From Polyangiaceae bacterium (GTDB lineage: Bacteria > Myxococcota_A > Polyangia > Polyangiales > Polyangiaceae), in assembly GCA_050287085.1 (NCBI GenBank), contig JBNKBE010000013.1, positions 113,931 through 177,930 of the forward strand: DNA of 64,000 bases, written 5' to 3'. Below the pieces are notes generated by a model. The model searched no databases. It was not told the DNA's origin and saw only the letters and a list, made by a program, of their open reading frames with translations. Shown in pieces: positions 51,400 to 60,377 of the stretch. Both the position numbers and the translations under genes were made by a program. How positions within the stretch are numbered: position 1 is the first letter of the stretch; the number at the start of each line of letters is the position of its first letter.

Positions 51400-51636
51400 T
51401 TGATGACCTGCAAAGAGCTGAGTGAGCTCGTGACGGACTACACAGAGGGCAGAATGCCTCGCTGGCAGCGTGCTCAAGTACTGATGCACCTGGCGATGTG
51501 CCGTCACTGCCGCACGTACGTGCACCAGATGAAGACCACCGTACGCATTCTGCGTGAGCTCCCTGAAGCTCCGGTCCCCAAGACCCTACGCGACGAATTG
51601 GTGCGTCAGTTCAAGGACACGCCGTCAAAGTCCTGA
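51400..51636 (+). CDS. zf-HC2 (ZAS) anti-sigma factor
   Basis: TCKE...HLAMCRHC; directly downstream of the ECF sigma gene. Confidence 0.9.
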   Translation: MMTCKELSELVTDYTEGRMPRWQRAQVLMHLAMCRHCRTYVHQMKTTVRILRELPEAPVPKTLRDELVRQFKDTPSKS

Positions 51637-51643
51637 GGGCCCT

Positions 51644-52582
51644 CTACCGCGCCCCGTGCAGCCCGAAGGCAACACCCCAGGTTGCCGCGATCGCGGCGCG
51701 GGGCACAACGATGCCCAGCTCGAGGGCATTGCCAAAATCTGCATCGCAAACCGTCTCGCCACAGACAACCTCCGGCCCAAGTTGGAGATAAGACTGCAAC
51801 ATCGTGGGAATAGGGCTCCCGAGTGCCGTCACCGCGGCCTTGACACGCCTCAGCTTCTCCTTCCCGGACAGCCCAACGAGCTCCGGGTCGCGCGTCTCCG
51901 CGGAGCTCCCAGTCGCATCCCCCATGGCCCCGCATACCCGACTTGCGGCCCCCAGGAAGCGCAAACCCGGCCGGGCACGAAGAGGCGACGTTGCCCCTTG
52001 ATAAAGCCCTTCAACCTCGGCCACCAGCGCCTGCTTGGCTGCGGTCGGATAGTTCGCGTAGAGGGTTACATTCCCGAACAAGGTCGTGATGCGACGCTCG
52101 AGAACCACGCGTGCAAGGCCCTGCCAAAGAGCATAAAGGCCCAGGCGGGCTCTGCGGGCAGCGGGATGGATGAGCGAACGCCCGAGTTCCATCGCGACGG
52201 GCAACACGGAAGTGGTGAAGCTCTGTTCGTATTCGAATAAGCGATGGGTCCGCAGCAGGCGGAGCCCTCCTTGCACCGCACGCTGCCCCATTTGGAATCG
52301 CAGCAGCGCCGCAATCTCTTCACGTTCTGGATCCCACGCCACAAGCTGCTCGTAGCCAAGGGGATCGGTGTCGAGCTCATCCAGGTCCCTATTTAATCCA
52401 CGACCGGCGCCCGCCGCGCGAAACCCAAGCTCCCGAATACGCCCGATTTCGTCCAATAGCGGCGCGCATTCGAGTCCGTGAAACGCGTGTACCTGAAGAC
52501 CGCGAAAGTTGGCCTCCGGCTGCCGCGAGGCCAGAAAGTGCCGGAAATGCGACGGCGAAACTGGATCGATCACGGCGATCAT
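51644..52582 (-). CDS. GNAT-type amino-acid N-acyltransferase (GlsB/OlsB-like)
   Basis: EIGRIRE..FRAAGAG, DLDELD, QLVAWD, ELGRS, LWQGL, FGNVTLY, IP..L.SY, DADFG. Confidence 0.85.
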   Translation of the reverse strand: MIAVIDPVSPSHFRHFLASRQPEANFRGLQVHAFHGLECAPLLDEIGRIRELGFRAAGAGRGLNRDLDELDTDPLGYEQLVAWDPEREEIAALLRFQMGQRAVQGGLRLLRTHRLFEYEQSFTTSVLPVAMELGRSLIHPAARRARLGLYALWQGLARVVLERRITTLFGNVTLYANYPTAAKQALVAEVEGLYQGATSPLRARPGLRFLGAASRVCGAMGDATGSSAETRDPELVGLSGKEKLRRVKAAVTALGSPIPTMLQSYLQLGPEVVCGETVCDADFGNALELGIVVPRAAIAATWGVAFGLHGAR

Positions 52583-54144
52583 GCGGGCTCCCCCTGTTGG
52601 CTCAGGGGTGCGTAGCAGTCGGCGCGCAGTGCCTCACAGCGCGCACGCGCCGTATGGCCAAGCTGCACCAAGGCCGAGGCTGGCACCGCGTCCCGGACGC
52701 TCAGCGTGAGCGTCGTTGTCGTGGGCTTCAGCATCTCACGCGGAAGCAGCAACATCTCGAGATTCCAAGGTATGCCGAGCGCCCTTCGCAGGGTGGAAAG
52801 CCCATAGAACCAGCCTGAATTGCGACCGGAAATGTGGACGACGACCACGGGGCGCCGGTGACGCTCCGCAAGGCGAGTAAACGCAGCATCCCACGGCGGA
52901 TCGAGCACCTCACCCCGGGTGCGCCGAGACGTCGCTCCCGCAGGAAAGACGACCAGGGGAGCACCGTCCTGCAAAGCGCTTTCGAGAGCCGCGGGCAGTG
53001 CACGTTGCAGCTTACCGCGACGCACAGCCAGGGTATAGGGCTGCAGGTGTGGTATGGCTGTCAGTACCGCGTTGACCGGCGCCATCAAGGCTCCGTGCCG
53101 ACTGAGCACCCAAGCAAAGAGCGCGAGCCCGTCCAGTCCCCCCAGCGGGTGATTGGCCACGTAAATGGGCGCCTCATCAGGGGATGGCACGGGCCCCGTG
53201 ATCCGTACTGAAATGCCCAGGGCGGCCAAAGCACGCGCTGGGAACTCACGCGGCGTCATAGCGCCAAGAGCCGCGAAACGCGCGTTCAGCGTCCGCTCGC
53301 ACAGCACCCAGCGCAGCATTCTGAGCCAAGACTGCTGCCAGCGCGTGCCCGCTGCCCACTGGGGCACCATGCGCCCCAAGTCGAAGGTCCGTCGGGGCGG
53401 AACGCAGGCCGGAGGAGTGGACGCGGATTGGCCGAGCGGCAATGTGAAATGGGTCGGTGACTCGAATCCCCCGAGAGCATCGCGCCTGCGATACACAAGG
53501 CGCACCCGGTCCAGCGCAAGCAACACTTGGGTCACGCTCACCGTCGCCGCGTCAACACGACTCATCAACACATCGGCTTCCGCGCGGGAGCCCGCCGTCA
53601 GGTGAAAAGGAAGAAGGTCCGCGGGCTCGCTCCGGGACGCGACACGCTCTTGGCGCGCCAGGTAGCGCTCAAACTCCAGTGCACGATGGCGCTCGACCCG
53701 CGCGGGTTCGAGACTGGACGACGTCACCAAAGGCGGCACCACCACCAGCTGCTCCAAGGTGCGGCCGTCCCAGTGGAATGAAACCGGCGGAGCCCCCAAC
53801 TGAAACGCCACGATCTGAAAAGGCGGGTAGTCGGCCAAGGGGAGCCCCGGAACGGCGCGAACCAGGGCGCATAGGTCGCGCTCAAGGGCCAATCGAAGCG
53901 GTAGCTCACCGCGACTCCTCTTTCCGTCGGAGGCCGAGCCGCGATTCAGCACCGCCACCACCAAGCCGTGTTCCCCGACCACCAGCCAACTGCCGCCCCG
54001 CTGCGAGTCCTGTGGCCCCACCACCTGGAGTGGCTCGGGGGACAGGACTCGAGGAGGCAAGCCCGGGCTGCGATCGAGACGCTCGTCGCGGCTGAATATC
54101 AACGCCAGAGCTGCCTCGTCCTGCGTCCAGGTCAGGGTGCACAT
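52579..54144 (-). CDS. Fusion: TANGO2/NRDE domain + GlsA/OlsA-like (LPLAT) acyltransferase
   Basis: MCT start, SRDE, PQD..GGSW, VLN, SRG, TVS; then NHPLGGLDG, FPAG..SR, GRNS..FY, LLPREM. Confidence 0.85.
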   Translation of the reverse strand: MCTLTWTQDEAALALIFSRDERLDRSPGLPPRVLSPEPLQVVGPQDSQRGGSWLVVGEHGLVVAVLNRGSASDGKRSRGELPLRLALERDLCALVRAVPGLPLADYPPFQIVAFQLGAPPVSFHWDGRTLEQLVVVPPLVTSSSLEPARVERHRALEFERYLARQERVASRSEPADLLPFHLTAGSRAEADVLMSRVDAATVSVTQVLLALDRVRLVYRRRDALGGFESPTHFTLPLGQSASTPPACVPPRRTFDLGRMVPQWAAGTRWQQSWLRMLRWVLCERTLNARFAALGAMTPREFPARALAALGISVRITGPVPSPDEAPIYVANHPLGGLDGLALFAWVLSRHGALMAPVNAVLTAIPHLQPYTLAVRRGKLQRALPAALESALQDGAPLVVFPAGATSRRTRGEVLDPPWDAAFTRLAERHRRPVVVVHISGRNSGWFYGLSTLRRALGIPWNLEMLLLPREMLKPTTTTLTLSVRDAVPASALVQLGHTARARCEALRADCYAPLSQQGEPA

Positions 54145-54683
54145 GACGCCCCCCGGCGCGACTGCGAAGGCGTAGCCGCAAGCCCCTGCTCGTAGTGGCG
54201 CGTCGAGGGCGCAAGGTCGACTTCAGCGCCCAATGTGGCCTCAGCACGAGCTTCGCGCAGCAAGAACCTGAGGGTTGCAAGGTGGTGCACCGTGTGACTT
54301 GCGACCCAAAGCAGTTCGCGCCGCAGACTCGAAGCGCACGTCACTTCGGCTTCGCCGCGACGCGGACCGGTCATGTCCCTGACCTGCAGCTCCCTATCCG
54401 GGCTACCGGCCCACTGCTCAACCCAATCGCGAGCCACCAACAATGCGGCGCAGGCGGCCTCGGGCGCCGTTTCGACGGCCGTTCCGCGCGTGCGCCTCCA
54501 ATACACCACCCGCCCTTCTCGAGCCGAAGCCAATGCCTCCAAGTGGTCGAGTATGTGGCGCACGTGGCGACCAACAGAGCTCATGCCGGCGGCGTCGGCC
54601 CGGTATACCTCCGCCTCGAGACCGGCAACGAGCGCGTGGAGATCCTCCAGGAGCTCCGTTAGGTGATCACAGACGTCTTTCAT
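54132..54683 (-). CDS. DinB/YfiT-family metal-binding four-helix protein
   Basis: SVGRHVRHILDH, RxRGT.VE, SSLRREL, SHTVHH. Confidence 0.88.
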   Translation of the reverse strand: MKDVCDHLTELLEDLHALVAGLEAEVYRADAAGMSSVGRHVRHILDHLEALASAREGRVVYWRRTRGTAVETAPEAACAALLVARDWVEQWAGSPDRELQVRDMTGPRRGEAEVTCASSLRRELLWVASHTVHHLATLRFLLREARAEATLGAEVDLAPSTRHYEQGLAATPSQSRRGASCAP

Positions 54684-54962
54684 GTCGTTGTTTGGACGGT
54701 CTCCCCAGCAGCCAATCCGTTACACTGTTAAGTTAAACCCTCAGTCACCCACCCCGAGACTCCCATCGCACAGCCGCAAAACGGAGCCTGCCTCATTTCG
54801 ACACGGCTCGTTCGGCCGGGCGGCTACGAGCATCCCCCGGCGGAGCGACGGCATCGGCGCTTTCAAGCCTCGCTGTAGCTCCGCCCATCCTCCCTGGCGC
54901 GAGGCCGTCTGGGGATGGTTTGGGCTCGACGACACCTCGTGCATTCGCTACTTCCCTCGTCC

Positions 54963-55178
54963 GTGGATGAGTATTCGGATCCGGGTCTCAAAGCGGCCAA
55001 CGCTGCTCTTGCCGGTCGGCGTATCATCAAGACCGCAAGTCGCTTCGCGTCGATAGAACTGCGAGAATTGAGCAGTCCACAGACGCCTTCGCGCTCGCAA
55101 ATCGCGTGGGAAGTCGGAGCGGTATGCTCCGTCTGCTTTGCCGCGTTGATCGCTGTGGTCGGCTTGTGGTGCTGGTGA
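54963..55178 (+). CDS. Possible small membrane protein
   Basis: Short ORF with one C-terminal hydrophobic helix; start uncertain. Confidence 0.35.
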   Translation: MDEYSDPGLKAANAALAGRRIIKTASRFASIELRELSSPQTPSRSQIAWEVGAVCSVCFAALIAVVGLWCW

Positions 55179-55355
55179 GGGGAAGTCGACACTCACAGCG
55201 CGCCGCCGAACGCAAGCCAACAGACGCGACGCCTGTTCGCCAGCACCACCCTCCGCCCAACCTGGGGCGCGTCAGGCAGCTTGGCGAGCCAAGCTGCCCA
55301 GCGGGATCGCCCCTCAGAAGATAGATTCCGGGAGGACCGACCTGAGGGGATCGAT

Positions 55356-55422
55356 CCTGAGAAGAGCAACCCTGAGAAGAGCAACCCTGAGAAGAGCAAC
55401 CCTGAGAAGAGCAACCCTGAGA
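55356..55422. repeat. 15-bp tandem repeat CCTGAGAAGAGCAAC x4.5
   Basis: Read directly; degenerate units upstream; lies just past the stop of the next minus-strand gene. Confidence 0.95.
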
Positions 55423-55430
55423 GCGGTGGG

Positions 55431-56024
55431 CTACTTCTTCTTGGTGTTCTTGGCGGACTTCTCGTCCTCGTCCTCGTTGTCGTCCCCGCCCCCGAAGATC
55501 TTGCGCTCCAAGTCGTCAGCTTCGTGCCCCTTGGCCTTGCCGCTGAGATCGAGTTCCCATGGCATCGCAAACTCAGCCTCTTTGAACGGCGGCACGATCA
55601 CCGCCTTGTAAGCGTTGAGGATACACGCCCCAAGATCGCCATCGCCGTAGGGCTTTTCCACGGTCGCCTCCCGAACAGAGCCGTCTGAGGCGAACACGAT
55701 GTTGACGTGGGCAATGCCCTTCTTGCTCTTATCCCCGACCACATCGCCGCAGGTCGCAGCCGATAGGGACGCGCGCCGAAGCTCCATCTCGGCCTGCTTC
55801 TTGTCGAAGACTTCTGGCTCGTCCTCTGCGACGAAGTTCTCATCGCCACCGCGCTTCTTGCCCTCTTGCTCTTGCTGATAGGCCTTCATTTCTTCCGCAC
55901 GGAGACGTTCTTCAGGCGTCATCACGGGCGCGGGCTCCAAGTTGGGACCACAGGCGGAAACGGCGACGAGCGTGCCAAAGACCACAGCTGCCCCGCCAAG
56001 AACACTTGCACACGCTGACTTCAT
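55431..56024 (-). CDS. Lipoprotein with TonB-C/AgmX-PglI-like domain
   Basis: Lipobox VSAC; C...GIAHVNIVFASDGSV...GACI...VPPF. Confidence 0.75.
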   Translation of the reverse strand: MKSACASVLGGAAVVFGTLVAVSACGPNLEPAPVMTPEERLRAEEMKAYQQEQEGKKRGGDENFVAEDEPEVFDKKQAEMELRRASLSAATCGDVVGDKSKKGIAHVNIVFASDGSVREATVEKPYGDGDLGACILNAYKAVIVPPFKEAEFAMPWELDLSGKAKGHEADDLERKIFGGGDDNEDEDEKSAKNTKKK

Positions 56025-56183
56025 GGCGCGGCAGTCTAGTCAAGCGGCGAACGAACGTACAGTACCAACCCGCGCCTCAGGGCAATTCTCGGGACTAGCG
56101 AAAATTCCCGGCGGCGACGCGGTGCCACGACGGCGCCGGGCACCGAAACGGGCACTTCTGGGAGCCCGGCACAAAGCCTACGC

Positions 56184-57548
56184 TCAGAGATCGGTGATCG
56201 CGTAGTCCTTGATCTTGTAGAGCAGCGCGCGGTGACTGATCTCGAGCAGTTCCGAGGCCCGCGTGCGATTGCCGCGGGTCTTCTGCAGCGCCCGACGGAT
56301 CAACAATTCCTCGATCACACGCATCGTCTTCTTCACGCTGAGCTCCCCGCTGGCCAGCTGCATTTGGACGGGATCCTGCGCCTCGCGGATCCGCTCGGGC
56401 AGGTCGGTTGCGACGATCGATGGACCATCCGCAAGCACGATTGCCCGCTCGATGGTGTTTTCGAGCTCCCGAACGTTTCCGGGCCAAGCATATTCGTACA
56501 AGAGACGCCGAGCTTCAGGCTCGACGCCCCGGATGTCCACCCCGATCCGTGTGCTGCTCTTCTCGACGAAGTGGTCGACGAGCAGCGGAATATCGTCGCG
56601 GCGCTCGCGCAGCGGAGGCACGACGATCGGCAAGACGTGCAAGCGATAGAAGAGGTCCTCGCGGAAACGCCCTGCCTGGATCTCCTTCTGGAGATCGCGA
56701 TGGGTAGCCGCAATAATACGGATGTCCACGGCGATATCGTGCGTATCGCCGATTTTGCGAATGGTCTCCTCCTGCAACACGCGCAGGAGCTTGACTTGGA
56801 GTCCAACCGGTAGCTCCCCCACTTCGTCCAGAAAGAGCGTCCCGCCATTGGCCTCTTCAAACAGCCCTCGGCGATCGCTTATGGCGTCCGTAAAAGCCCC
56901 CCGCTTGTGCCCGAATAGTTCGCTTTCGAGCAGGTTTTCGGGAATCGCCCCGCAATTGACCGGCACGAAGGGGCCTGCCGCACGCGCTCCCTGGGAGTGC
57001 AGCGCACGGGCAACCAACTCCTTGCCCACGCCGCTCTCGCCGGAGATCAACACGGTCGTCTTGTAGTCGGCAATCTTCTGAATGACTCGGAAGATGGACT
57101 GCATCGCCGGACTCTTCGCCAACATGTCCTGGAGGCGGTGCTCAGAGCGCATCTCCTTGCGCAGAGCTGAGTTCTCCCGCCGCAGCGTCTCCCGCTCTTC
57201 CGCCTTGCGCAAACACAACAACACCTCCTCCGGCTTGAAGGGCTTCGACAGGTAGTCGTAGGCGCCCGCCTTGAGCGCATCGATCGCCATGTCGACGTTG
57301 CCAAAGGCGCTCATCACGATCACGGTCGCCTGACTGCCTTTGGCGCGCAACGTACTCAGGAGGTCGAGTCCCCCCATCTTGGGCATGCGCACATCGGTGA
57401 GCACGAAATCGGGACCGAATGCTTCGAGCATCGCTAGCGCCGTCTCGCCCTCGCCGGCGGTCTCCACTTGATAGCCGTTGCGACTGAGGAGAGTCCTCAA
57501 GACCAGCCGGATATTCTCTTCGTCGTCAACTACTAGGACTCGCTTCAC
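56184..57548 (-). CDS. Sigma-54-dependent response regulator (NtrC family)
   Basis: REC (VVDDE, DVRMP), GESGVGKE, GAFTDA, FLDE, WPGNVRELEN, C-terminal HTH. Confidence 0.96.
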   Translation of the reverse strand: MKRVLVVDDEENIRLVLRTLLSRNGYQVETAGEGETALAMLEAFGPDFVLTDVRMPKMGGLDLLSTLRAKGSQATVIVMSAFGNVDMAIDALKAGAYDYLSKPFKPEEVLLCLRKAEERETLRRENSALRKEMRSEHRLQDMLAKSPAMQSIFRVIQKIADYKTTVLISGESGVGKELVARALHSQGARAAGPFVPVNCGAIPENLLESELFGHKRGAFTDAISDRRGLFEEANGGTLFLDEVGELPVGLQVKLLRVLQEETIRKIGDTHDIAVDIRIIAATHRDLQKEIQAGRFREDLFYRLHVLPIVVPPLRERRDDIPLLVDHFVEKSSTRIGVDIRGVEPEARRLLYEYAWPGNVRELENTIERAIVLADGPSIVATDLPERIREAQDPVQMQLASGELSVKKTMRVIEELLIRRALQKTRGNRTRASELLEISHRALLYKIKDYAITDL

Positions 57549-57688
57549 TATGAAAAAAGTTCTAACCCGTCTGTCCTTACTCCGCAATGTAATCGGTACT
57601 TCGTCACGGCTCTGCGGTACGAACTGGGAAAAGATTGCGGCCCTTGCACAAGTTGGCCTTCAGCGGTCGCGGGCGCTACGTCCTGAGC

Positions 57689-58906
57689 ATGTTCTGCGGA
57701 TTGGATCGCCTAGGAAAGCGCAGCGGAGCCGGGCTCCGCGAGCGGCTCGGCCGCGCCCCGTTTGGGGTTCTCTCGCACTCGGCCGCCCTGGACCGACACG
57801 GCCGCGGCATACTCCCAGCGCTCGCTGAGCTCAACCTGATACCCGCCCGGGTACTCACCCCCGAACACGGCTTTGACGGAGTCGCCCAGGCGGAAGAAGC
57901 CGTCACAGAACACGCTCACGTCGCCGGCGTCGAGGCAGTCGGCTTGTACGGCGCGACCCGCGAATCCCTGACCCCCACGGCCGAGCAACTGGCGGGGCTC
58001 GAAACGCTGCTCATCGACGTGGTCGACGTAGGAAGCCGCTACTACACCTACGTGTGGACCGCCTTGCTGGCGGCCCGCGCCGCCAGGGCGCGGGGAATTC
58101 ACTGCGTGGTACTGGACCGGCCTAACCCGCTCACGGGTGATGCGCTGCGCTGCGAGGGCGCTCCGCAGCGGCTCGACTACCGTTCGTTCGTCGGCCTGGA
58201 GCCGGTCCCCATTCGTCACGGCCTGACGGTGGGTGAACTCCTCGCCCGCGAACTCGAGCGAGACGGAGCTCCCCTTGGCGTCGATGGCGCCCTCAGCATA
58301 GTCGGCGTGGCCGGTTGGGAGCGGCACAAGCTGGCCGATGCGTGGGACCGCCCTTTCATCCCCCCATCTCCCAACATGCCCACCCTGGAGACGGCCTTGC
58401 TCTATCCCGGAGGCTGCTTGCTCGAGGGGACCAACCTCTCCGAAGGACGCGGCACCGCAATGCCCTTCCGAGTTGTAGGCGCGCCCTTTCTGGACGGGGA
58501 GGCCCTGGCCGCCAGCCTGATGTCCTGCGAGCTGCCCGGCCTCCTGGCGCGGCCGACCGCCTTCCGCCCGAGCTTCGACAAACACGCAGGGGCGCTGTGC
58601 CGGGGCGTAATGCTCCACGTGGGCGATCCAGCCCGCTTCCGCCCGGTAGCGACGTACCTCGCGCTGATACACGCCGCGCATCGGCAAGCACCCGAGGCTT
58701 TCGAATTCCTGACTCGATGCTACGAATTCGAATCTGACCGACTTGCCTTCGACCTGCTCACCGGCACGCCTTCGGTCCGAGAGCAACTGCTGGCCGACGC
58801 GCCGCTGGCAGCTGTTCTCGCTGAAGTCTGCCCCGTGCCCGAGGGCTGGGCGGACGAGGTCCGCGAGGCGGAGCTACGCGCCAGACGAGCCGAATACTGC
58901 TCTTAG
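57689..58906 (+). CDS. namZ: DUF1343-family exo-beta-N-acetylmuramidase
   Basis: PEHG, DVGSRYYTY, LDRPNP, RHGLTVGE, PPSPNMPT, EGTNLSEGRGT. Confidence 0.88.
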   Translation: MFCGLDRLGKRSGAGLRERLGRAPFGVLSHSAALDRHGRGILPALAELNLIPARVLTPEHGFDGVAQAEEAVTEHAHVAGVEAVGLYGATRESLTPTAEQLAGLETLLIDVVDVGSRYYTYVWTALLAARAARARGIHCVVLDRPNPLTGDALRCEGAPQRLDYRSFVGLEPVPIRHGLTVGELLARELERDGAPLGVDGALSIVGVAGWERHKLADAWDRPFIPPSPNMPTLETALLYPGGCLLEGTNLSEGRGTAMPFRVVGAPFLDGEALAASLMSCELPGLLARPTAFRPSFDKHAGALCRGVMLHVGDPARFRPVATYLALIHAAHRQAPEAFEFLTRCYEFESDRLAFDLLTGTPSVREQLLADAPLAAVLAEVCPVPEGWADEVREAELRARRAEYCS

Positions 58907-60282
58907 GCCCGCGCGGCGTCGAACGCGGCCTCGATGTCGTCCGGCGAGGCGATGAGCTGCGAAGAGAGCACCCGGGCGCCGCCGGCTTCGACCAATACGT
59001 CATCTTCAATACGGATCCCGAGAACCTCAGCGCGCACCTGCTCCAAGCGAGCCGCGTCGACGGCTGCCGCCAGCGAAGAGCCGGCGAGCCGCTGCAGGGC
59101 GTCGTCGATACAGTAGAATCCGGGTTCTATCGTTACGATCATCCCGGCTTCCAGTGGTCGATCCAAGCGCAAAAAACGCAGCACCTCACTGTCACTTCGC
59201 CGTCCTTCGCGGCCGTATCCGGCGAGATCACCGAGGTCCTCCATGTCGTGGACATCGAGACCCAGCAAATGCCCAATGCCGTGAGGAAAGAACACCGCGC
59301 TGATCCCCTGCTCCAAAAGCCCCTCCACCTCTCCCCGTAGCAGCCCGATGTCCACCAACTCGGCCGTGAGGGTCGCTGCCGCTCGCAGATGCACCTCGCG
59401 AAATCGAACCCCGGGACGTACGGTATCGATAGCAACGCGCTGCGCCGTCCTGACCGCCTGATAGAGGTCGCGCTGCAGTGGCGAGAAGCGTCCGGAGGTG
59501 GGCCAGGTTCGCGTCAAGTCGGCAGCCCACCCTTCTGGGCTCTCCGCCCCCACGTCGGCGAGGAGCAATGCCCCCGGACGGAGTTCCCCGCGAGACGTCT
59601 CGCAATGCAATACATTGCCGCGCGTTGTGACGATCGACTGGTAGGCGGGGACCAGCGCGCGAGCCGTGATCTGCGCCTCCATGGCGGCTCGGACCTCAGC
59701 CTCGCTGCGCGCCCGCACAAGGGCCGCCAAACCTGCGTCGTGCGCCGCCACTGTCGCCGCGATGGCCAGCTCGGTCTGCGCCAGAGAGTGTGGATCGTGA
59801 GTCAAACGAACGCGAATCACCGCCTCCGCAAGCGCCGTATCCGCCGCGTCCCGGCCCCCTGCGGGTTCGATCTCGCGGTCCAACAGCTCCCCGAGCCAGA
59901 GCGCGGTCTCACAGTCGTCCGAACCGACGGTAGTGACCGCCGCATCCGGAATGAACTCATCGAGCGGACGCACGGCGAGTCCTAGCTCCTCGGCGAGTTC
60001 GTCAAGACTTGGAGACGGCCCATACCAAAGGCTCGCCTCAGCCGAAGGGGGCGGCATGAACAACGACCACCGCTCTCCGTCGCAGTAGAGCAGCGCCTCC
60101 TCGATGGAACGGCCTATCAGGAAGAGAAAGTGACTTTCGCTGCGAAAGGGATAGCGATTGGCCTCGAAGTTGCGAACCCGAGGCAGACCCGACGCAAAGG
60201 CAAACGGCCCCTGGCCATACTCCCGCAGCAAACGGGCGCGGCGGGTCTGGAACACGGTGGAAGGGTGCGACATGGGGCTCAT
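58903..60282 (-). CDS. pepP: Xaa-Pro aminopeptidase (M24B)
   Basis: ADLTRTWP, HGIGHLLGLDVHD, TIEPG, GIRIEDD. Confidence 0.92.
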   Translation of the reverse strand: MSPMSHPSTVFQTRRARLLREYGQGPFAFASGLPRVRNFEANRYPFRSESHFLFLIGRSIEEALLYCDGERWSLFMPPPSAEASLWYGPSPSLDELAEELGLAVRPLDEFIPDAAVTTVGSDDCETALWLGELLDREIEPAGGRDAADTALAEAVIRVRLTHDPHSLAQTELAIAATVAAHDAGLAALVRARSEAEVRAAMEAQITARALVPAYQSIVTTRGNVLHCETSRGELRPGALLLADVGAESPEGWAADLTRTWPTSGRFSPLQRDLYQAVRTAQRVAIDTVRPGVRFREVHLRAAATLTAELVDIGLLRGEVEGLLEQGISAVFFPHGIGHLLGLDVHDMEDLGDLAGYGREGRRSDSEVLRFLRLDRPLEAGMIVTIEPGFYCIDDALQRLAGSSLAAAVDAARLEQVRAEVLGIRIEDDVLVEAGGARVLSSQLIASPDDIEAAFDAARA

Positions 60283-60377
60283 GACCTGGGACCGTCCCCG
60301 AGTGCGTGGCCCACGTCAACGAGTTTGAACGCGTAGCGACTCCCCGGGCTGAGCGCCCTGCGCTAGGGTCGCCAGGT

